From assembly GCA_022711655.1 (NCBI GenBank), contig JAKLEM010000004.1, positions 8,182-72,181 on the forward strand: a stretch of DNA of 64,000 nucleotides. Reading direction: 5' to 3'. The notes below the pieces were generated by a model. That model was not told the origin of the DNA, made no database searches, and was given only the letters and a program-made list of their open reading frames with translations. Position numbers and translations under genes: made by a program. Below are positions 58,163 to 64,000 of this stretch, in pieces. The DNA is from Candidatus Auribacterota bacterium. Lineage in GTDB: Bacteria; Auribacterota; Ancaeobacteria; Ancaeobacterales; Ancaeobacteraceae. Position 1 is the first letter of the stretch; each line of letters starts with the position of its first letter.

Positions 58163-59890
58163 TTACCACGCCCGCCCGCCGCCTCCGCCGAAGCCTCCGC
58201 CCGAGAAGCCGCCTCCCCCGAACCCGCTGTGCCCGCCCGACGCCCCGCTCGACGACCGCGGCGCCGATACGAACGTCGTTGCGACGGTGCGGTTCATCGA
58301 GTTCAGGCTGTGCATGAAGACCATCGTGTCGAAAGGGCTGCCGCCGTACGCGCCTTCGTACCATTCCGGCTGTTCGCGGCAGATCTCCTTGAACGCCGAC
58401 GCCCACTGCTCGGCGACGCCGAGCGCCATCGCGTAGGGGAGTAATTTCTCGAATGTTTCCGGCGTGTCGAGTTTCAGGCGGTCCTTCTCGGCGCGCGAGA
58501 GATATTCTTCGAACCCCTTGATGTGCCAGAGCGCCTCGGCTCCTTTTTTCGTTTTTCGGGGCATCAGCGGGGCGAAGATCGCGATGATCGCACCGGACAG
58601 GATCATGCAGACGATCAGCGCGACGTTCGGCTCGGCGGTGAGCGGGATGGTGGCGAAACCCAGCGCGGCGACGAATATCCCAACGCCGATATAGAGCGTG
58701 CGCGTGCCGTCCGGGCGGCTGCTGAAATAGCCGTCGGTGACCATCGCGCTGTAGAGCGCATCTTTGATGGCCGGTATGTGCGTGTAGAACTTGTTGGTCA
58801 GCTCGGACAGCTTCTTCTCCGTGCCGTTTCCGAAGATACCGTTCAGGATCTCGGTCTCATGCTTGCGCAACCCGGGGTCGGCCGCGTGGCCGGGCTTGAG
58901 GAATGTGAAGCGGAAATCCTTCGAGCTGAAGATCAGCCCTTTCGACTCTTCTTCCCTGATTCGCAAATAGCCGCGGACGGCGAGATCGACGACCGTCGCC
59001 GAGATGTCTCGCATATCGACCTTTTCGTCGATGATCGTCCCGACCTCGGCAGGCGTCGCGCCTTTCGGCGGCTCGTACTGGGGCATGATCGAGCTGCGTC
59101 CGCTTTCGGGGTCACGCCCCGTCCGCAGCCAGAGGTACACCATCAGAGCGAGGATCGCGAACGGCAGGAAGATATACCAATTGTCCGTCAGGAACCAGCG
59201 GATCTTTGTCGACGCGGAGATCGGCGTGACGATCCCTTTCGGCCAGCCGCAGACGATCGTGAGCCCCTCTTTAAAGGTGAGCGGGTCGGTCGTTTCGAAT
59301 ATGATCTCGCTGCCGCTGAGCTCGGCGCGGCAGTCTTTAGCGGTCGATCCGAGCTCGCCGGTGTAGGCGGTGTAATTGACGCGCTGATCTTTCACGCCGG
59401 GCGGCAGGATGACCTTGGCGCGGGCGCGGGCGATCGGAACGGGCCATTCGTTGCCGGTGACGTTCCAGTAGAGCTCGTCATGGTCGTTGAAGTAGAGCAG
59501 GGCGTTGGAGACCCGGTAGGCGACCTTGACCGTCCGGACCGCGTCGACGGCGCCGGGGACCCATATCTTGATGTCTTTCAGCGGGCCGTTGCCGGAGACG
59601 GTGTGCTTGAGCGATGCGCCCGCCCCGTCGGTCACGCCGTCGATCTTGATCCTGAGCCTGAGCGCAGTTCCGTAGGGGCCGGTGTATTTATAGGGGATCG
59701 AGCGGTAGATGCCGTTGTACTCGCCTTCGAACCGCAGCGTGATCGTTTCGGTGACCGTGAGCGAGCTGTCGGGATGGACCTCGATCCTGCTGTCGAACTC
59801 GTCGATCGACCAGGCTTTAGCGAAAAGCGCCGCCGGAAACAAGAGGAGCGCAGCGATGACCGAAGCGCTGACGGATCTCTTCGTGGTCAT
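58163..59890 (-). CDS. DUF2207-family membrane protein with a Gly-rich C-terminal tail
   Basis: Signal peptide, large N-domain, TM segments, and tail SGFGGGGFSGGGFGGGGGRAW typical of DUF2207. Its ATG shares a base with the lemA stop (TGATG). Confidence 0.8.
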   Translation of the reverse strand: MTTKRSVSASVIAALLLFPAALFAKAWSIDEFDSRIEVHPDSSLTVTETITLRFEGEYNGIYRSIPYKYTGPYGTALRLRIKIDGVTDGAGASLKHTVSGNGPLKDIKIWVPGAVDAVRTVKVAYRVSNALLYFNDHDELYWNVTGNEWPVPIARARAKVILPPGVKDQRVNYTAYTGELGSTAKDCRAELSGSEIIFETTDPLTFKEGLTIVCGWPKGIVTPISASTKIRWFLTDNWYIFLPFAILALMVYLWLRTGRDPESGRSSIMPQYEPPKGATPAEVGTIIDEKVDMRDISATVVDLAVRGYLRIREEESKGLIFSSKDFRFTFLKPGHAADPGLRKHETEILNGIFGNGTEKKLSELTNKFYTHIPAIKDALYSAMVTDGYFSSRPDGTRTLYIGVGIFVAALGFATIPLTAEPNVALIVCMILSGAIIAIFAPLMPRKTKKGAEALWHIKGFEEYLSRAEKDRLKLDTPETFEKLLPYAMALGVAEQWASAFKEICREQPEWYEGAYGGSPFDTMVFMHSLNSMNRTVATTFVSAPRSSSGASGGHSGFGGGGFSGGGFGGGGGRAW

Positions 59891-60453
59891 CAAAAAGAGA
59901 CCTTTACGTTCTTGCCTTCTTCTTCCGAGCCGAGCTCGAAGAACGCCTTTGCCGTGAAGCTGAACATGTTCGCGACGATGTTGCTCGGGAACATCGATAT
60001 CTTGGTGTTGAGGTCGCGCACGACGGCGTTGTAGTATCTCCGTGACAGCTGCAGCTTGTCCTCGACATCGGTCAGCGTGCTCTGGAGTTGGAGGAAGTTC
60101 TCGTTCGCCTTCAGTTCGGGATAGTTCTCGGCGACGGCGAAGAGCGACTTCAACGCCGAGGTCAGGAAGTTCTCGGCCTGAGCCTTGTCGCCGACCGCCG
60201 TTGCGCTCATAGCCGCCGCACGCGCCTTCGTCACCTCCTCGAAGGTGCCCCGCTCATGCTTCGCGTACCCCTTGACCGATTCGACGAGGTTGGGGATCAG
60301 ATCGTAGCGCCGTTTCAGCTGGGTGTTGATGTCAGACCATGCCTCCTCGGATCGTATCCGAAGTTTTATGAGCCCGTTATAGATCCTGACAACGAACGAA
60401 GCGATCAAAACGATGATCAGTATGATGCCGAACATGACTCCGAGACTTCCCAT
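59890..60453 (-). CDS. lemA: LemA family protein
   Basis: 187 aa; N-terminal TM helix, then YNGLIKLRIRSEEAWSDINTQLKRRYDLIPNLVESVKGYAKHE. Confidence 0.9.
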   Translation of the reverse strand: MGSLGVMFGIILIIVLIASFVVRIYNGLIKLRIRSEEAWSDINTQLKRRYDLIPNLVESVKGYAKHERGTFEEVTKARAAAMSATAVGDKAQAENFLTSALKSLFAVAENYPELKANENFLQLQSTLTDVEDKLQLSRRYYNAVVRDLNTKISMFPSNIVANMFSFTAKAFFELGSEEEGKNVKVSF

Positions 60454-60526
60454 GGGAACCTCCGTTTTTAAGAATTTTACATTAGGCGCAGGATAATTTA
60501 TAGTAATTTCTCAACAGGAGGCGATC

Positions 60527-60892
60527 ATGGCGACCAATATCTTTTTTCTTATGTTTCTCGGATTGACGGCCGGGGTGTTTAGCGGGCTGTTCGGTATCGG
60601 CGGGGGGATCATCCTGATCCCCGCTATGGTCTATATCCTGAAGATGTCCCAGCACCAGGCGCAGGGGACGACGCTCGCCCTGATGGTGCTGCCGATCGGG
60701 CTGCTGGCGGCGTGGCAGTATTACCTGAAGGGGCATGTCGACATCAAGGTCGCGGCGTTCATCTGTATCGGCTTTGTGATCGGCGGCCTTCTCGGCGCGA
60801 AGATCGCGCTGCCGATCCCCGACGTGACGCTCCGCAGGCTGTTCGGCGTGTTCCTGCTGGTCGTGTCGGTGAAGATGATTGTTGGGAAATAG
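60527..60892 (+). CDS. Half-size TauE/SafE (TSUP) family membrane protein
   Basis: 121 aa, about four TM helices; GIGGGIILIPAMVYIL motif; AGGAGG RBS. There is no room for a second half before the convergent gene at 60910. Confidence 0.75.
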   Translation: MATNIFFLMFLGLTAGVFSGLFGIGGGIILIPAMVYILKMSQHQAQGTTLALMVLPIGLLAAWQYYLKGHVDIKVAAFICIGFVIGGLLGAKIALPIPDVTLRRLFGVFLLVVSVKMIVGK

Positions 60893-60909
60893 CCATGCCG
60901 GTTTGAAAG

Positions 60910-62199
60910 TCATTCTTCACGGTCGGTGAAACGCAGGAAACTCGCGACGACGTCGTTGTTGATGTCGGTCTTGCCCTTCTTCTTCCGCATGATCGGTTCG
61001 TATATCCTGTTCTGCTTCGCTGCGGCTGAGAAGGCGGCGATTGCCGCGTTGCGTTTCCCCGTTTTCCAGCTGATCACGCCTTTCATGAAAGCCGCCTGTG
61101 CGTTGGACGGGTCCGTCTTGAGCTCTTTGTCGAACGCGGCGAGAGCCGCGGTCTTGTTGCCCCGCTTATATTCGGACATCCCGACGACATGGTTCGCCCG
61201 CGCGATCCGCGGGTTTCTCTTGGCTGCCCGTGTCGCATACCGGACCGCCTCTGAGTATTCGCCGGCTTCGTAGTACAGCGACGCCACCTCCGTGAGCGTC
61301 TGCGCGCTCCATTCGCCTTCTCCTTTGGCGTACCGGCGCGCCAGGTTCATCTGCCATGCGTCGTCGAACGATGGGAGCGAGGCGATCTCCGACGGGAACG
61401 CCTTTATCAGACGCCTTTCGGGGCCGAACGACATCGACGTCGTTATGTACGACTTGAATTTCGATCCTGCGTGGGGCATCCGCGCGAGGTAAGCGACGAG
61501 CGAATACGAATACGCGGTAAAGAATTCCGCCCCCTCCGGCATCCGGTCGGTGTCGACGATATCGGCTACCGGCGGCAGCAGCTTTTTGTAGAGCGCAGCG
61601 TAGAGCAGTTCCTCATAGGCAGCCCGGCGTTTTTTTGAGGCCGTCATGTATTCGGCGAACCCGACAGAGAACCAGAGAGGGATCTTCTCCTCGACGCTTT
61701 GCCCGCGGAAAAATCCCTCGTTCGCGATGTCCGCGATCACCAACTGAACGATGGCCCGCTCCATTTTCGCCTGAAGATCAGGCGCGCCGTCGCAAGCGAG
61801 GATCACCCGTATCTTCCTTTCTCTGAAGAAAAGGAACCAGGAGACCTTGTCGGTGCAATCGGGCGAGACCGCCTGCCGGTACTCTTTTTCGTTCGGGAAT
61901 ACCTTGATAAGGGTTGTGCGTTTCCACCTCCCGGCGTAGGAGAGGCAGGCGTAGACCCTTTTTCTGATGCTCCGGGCCGTCGATACGAGCTCGTCCGCCT
62001 CTTTCGCGGACAGGGCGAAGGCGGTGAATTGCTTGGCGGCGTCGGTGCTGACCGCGACGTCTTTACTCTCGAATGATTGTGCGATCGACTCCTGCGTCTT
62101 CTTTGCCGCTTTTTTCGCCTTGGGCTTGGCGCCGCACACGCCGGCTGTCAGGGCAAGCACGATCGATGCGGACAGGATGTGGTAGATAAGCCTTTTCAT
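60910..62199 (-). CDS. Secreted protein with C-terminal TPR repeats
   Basis: Signal peptide MKRLIYHILSASIVLALTAGVCGA; TPR-like YYEAGEYSEAVRYATRAAKRNPRIARANHVVGMSEYKRGN. Confidence 0.65.
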   Translation of the reverse strand: MKRLIYHILSASIVLALTAGVCGAKPKAKKAAKKTQESIAQSFESKDVAVSTDAAKQFTAFALSAKEADELVSTARSIRKRVYACLSYAGRWKRTTLIKVFPNEKEYRQAVSPDCTDKVSWFLFFRERKIRVILACDGAPDLQAKMERAIVQLVIADIANEGFFRGQSVEEKIPLWFSVGFAEYMTASKKRRAAYEELLYAALYKKLLPPVADIVDTDRMPEGAEFFTAYSYSLVAYLARMPHAGSKFKSYITTSMSFGPERRLIKAFPSEIASLPSFDDAWQMNLARRYAKGEGEWSAQTLTEVASLYYEAGEYSEAVRYATRAAKRNPRIARANHVVGMSEYKRGNKTAALAAFDKELKTDPSNAQAAFMKGVISWKTGKRNAAIAAFSAAAKQNRIYEPIMRKKKGKTDINNDVVASFLRFTDREE

Positions 62200-62220
62200 G
62201 TGATATAAGGTGCCGCAGGG

Positions 62221-62772
62221 CTACTGCTGGATGCCGCGCTGGTAGGGCTTGTCATCCCAGTTCCAGCGGATGGAGTCGATGACCGTGTTGTTGTCGAGCA
62301 GGACGATGTTGTATGCCTTGACCTGGCCGTATTTCTTGTTCAGCTCCTGGTTGTGCTCGAACTTCGCGATCCGCCGCCCGACCTTCGTCTTGCTGAAGTA
62401 TTTTGGGAGGTAGCCTTTGCTCTTTTCCCAGTCCCATTGCTCGCCGTTGGTGGTCGCGCCGCCCCAGCTGACTTCCGGCAGCTCGAACTCGTCGTCGCGG
62501 CTGCCGCGGGCTACGAATTTCACCGTCAGCGGTTTCGTGCTTTCGGCGTGGTAGATGACGTAGAAAAACTTCGAGGTGCCGAACCCCTGGAAGGCGGCGG
62601 TCTTTTTCGAGACCTTGAGCAGGCGGTTTCCTTTGCCGTCGACCCCTTCGTCCTTCTTGCCCTTGCGAACCTTGTTCACGATATCGTTGATTGATCCTGC
62701 GTCGGGTGCAGAGGGGGCGAGGAGACACAGCGCGACGAGCGTGACCAGCGCGGCGACAAATGTTTTCTTCAT
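62221..62772 (-). CDS. Secreted hypothetical protein
   Basis: ATG 62772; signal peptide MKKTFVAALVTLVALCLLAPSAP. No recognisable motif. Confidence 0.55.
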   Translation of the reverse strand: MKKTFVAALVTLVALCLLAPSAPDAGSINDIVNKVRKGKKDEGVDGKGNRLLKVSKKTAAFQGFGTSKFFYVIYHAESTKPLTVKFVARGSRDDEFELPEVSWGGATTNGEQWDWEKSKGYLPKYFSKTKVGRRIAKFEHNQELNKKYGQVKAYNIVLLDNNTVIDSIRWNWDDKPYQRGIQQ

Positions 62773-62867
62773 GCGGCCTCCCATTTTGCGGTTCGGGTAT
62801 CAGATAATTTGATTGAGAAACGATACTATAATCTATAATATACCCTGTCAATTACAACCTGAGATCC

Positions 62868-62976
62868 GAAATGGCGGATAACGATCCGTCTGCGGCAACC
62901 CGGCGAATCGAAGATTCGCCGGGTTGCCCGCGCTCGCTGGCCTGCGCCTTGCAGCCGAACCGTTCTTCGCCATTTC
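62868..62976. repeat. Palindromic intergenic element (family 2), minimal copy
   Basis: GAAATGGCGGATAACG...CCGGCGAATCGAAGATTCGCCGG...CGTTCTTCGCCATTTC aligns with both ends of 7649-7914. Confidence 0.75.
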
Positions 62977-63050
62977 GAAGATTACCCATCGGGTGAGCAG
63001 TTTCTTCTATGAAAAGTGATATTACCTGCCATTCTAAGAGAGAGGACTCT

Positions 63051-64000
63051 ATGAAGCTAGTGATCATCGGAGGTGTTGCCGGCGGGGCCTCGGCGGCGGC
63101 TAGGGCGCGGCGCCTGTCAGAAGAGGCGCAGATCGTTCTATTCGAGCGTGGCGGGTTCGTGTCGTTCGCGAACTGCGGCCTGCCGTACCATATAGGGGGA
63201 ACCATCAAAGAACGCGGCGACCTGCTCGTGCAAACGCCCGAGGGCCTTCGGGGCCGTTTTAATATCGATGTCAGGGTGTTCCATGAGGTTACGAAGATAG
63301 ACCGAGAGAGGAAAGAGGTTGAGGTTAGAGAGGTAAAAACGGGGAATGTGTACCGCGAGCGGTACGACAAGATCATCCTGTCGCCCGGCGCGGAGCCCGT
63401 CAGGCCGCCGCTTCCGGGCATCGACCTGCCGGGGATATACACGCTGCGGACGATACCCGACATGGACTGTATCATCCACACGATCGATCACAGCAAGCCG
63501 CGGCGTGCGGCGGTGATCGGCGGAGGGTTCATCGGGCTTGAGATGGCCGAGAACCTTCATGCGCGGGGCCTCGGCGTGAGCGTCGTGGAGATGCTCGACC
63601 AGGTGATGCCGCCGCTCGATAAGGAGATGGCCGAGCCGGTCCATCAGCACCTCAGGCTGAAAGGGGTTTTTCTTAGGCTCGACGACGGCGTTGCCGGCTT
63701 CGAGAAGGATGGGGATGCCACGGCCGTAAAGCTGAAAAGCGGCGCTGCCGTTACGGCAGATATCGTGATACTTGCGATCGGCGTCGCTCCCGAGACGAGG
63801 CTTGCGCGCGAATGCGGGTTGGCGATCGGCGAGCGCCGCGGGATCAGGGTTGACGAGTATATGCAGACGAGCGATCCCGACATATACGCGGTCGGCGACG
63901 CAATCGAGGTGAAGGACTATGTTCTTGGTAACGACACGTTGATCCCGCTGGCGGGTCCGGCGAACAGGCAGGGGAGGATCGCGGCAGACAACGTCTTCGG
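63051..64000 (+). CDS. CoA-disulfide reductase / NADH oxidase family flavoprotein, 3-prime truncated by the window edge
   Basis: Not in the ORF track because it has no stop in the window. My translation: MKLVIIGGVAGGASAAARARRL...SFANCGLPYHIGG (redox Cys)...AAVIGGGFIGLEMAENL...YAVGDA. It stays open to base 64000. Confidence 0.9.
   Translation, partial: MKLVIIGGVAGGASAAARARRLSEEAQIVLFERGGFVSFANCGLPYHIGGTIKERGDLLVQTPEGLRGRFNIDVRVFHEVTKIDRERKEVEVREVKTGNVYRERYDKIILSPGAEPVRPPLPGIDLPGIYTLRTIPDMDCIIHTIDHSKPRRAAVIGGGFIGLEMAENLHARGLGVSVVEMLDQVMPPLDKEMAEPVHQHLRLKGVFLRLDDGVAGFEKDGDATAVKLKSGAAVTADIVILAIGVAPETRLARECGLAIGERRGIRVDEYMQTSDPDIYAVGDAIEVKDYVLGNDTLIPLAGPANRQGRIAADNVF

Overview
A gene-dense, high-GC bacterial chromosomal segment. 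It probably comes from an uncultured diderm bacterium, judging by a secretin, LPS-type GT9 transferases and a Bacteroidetes/Chlamydia-style seven-gene V-ATPase. Gene order: secretin 3-prime end plus lipoprotein; a Ser/Thr kinase; gcvT-gcvH-gcvPA-gcvPB plus a lipoate-protein ligase; a pyrimidine-nucleoside phosphorylase. A ~15 kb glycan-assembly locus follows (10.0-25.1 kb) with 11 glycosyltransferase domains. Six of these are GT9 domains, two of them in unusual fusions (GT9-ELM1-like and GT4-GT9). The locus ends in a polytopic TPR membrane protein and has tRNA-Val inside it and tRNA-Asp at its end. Next come an LRR protein, gltB-gltD, a PEP/pyruvate-binding (ATP-grasp) protein with an unassigned N-domain, two small secreted ORFs in an AT-rich patch, a phosphofructokinase and glgX. 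Then a V-type ATPase in rotated order (B-D-I-K-E-X-A), a secreted protein with an Asn/His/Gly/Arg tail and an alpha/beta hydrolase. After that is an apparent operon of a DUF2156-like gene, two paralogous repeat proteins and MscS, followed by LemA-DUF2207, a half-size TauE, TPR and secreted proteins, and a CoA-disulfide-reductase-like gene running off the end. Three families of palindromic intergenic repeats are present. One is a 158-nt element in two inverted copies whose differences preserve base pairing on the transcribed strand. The main candidates for novelty are the GT9-rich locus with its fusions and shared four-Cys motif, and that structured repeat. No CRISPR array, integrase, transposase or recognisable defence system was seen. 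All family names come from motif recognition by eye; no searches or computations were run.
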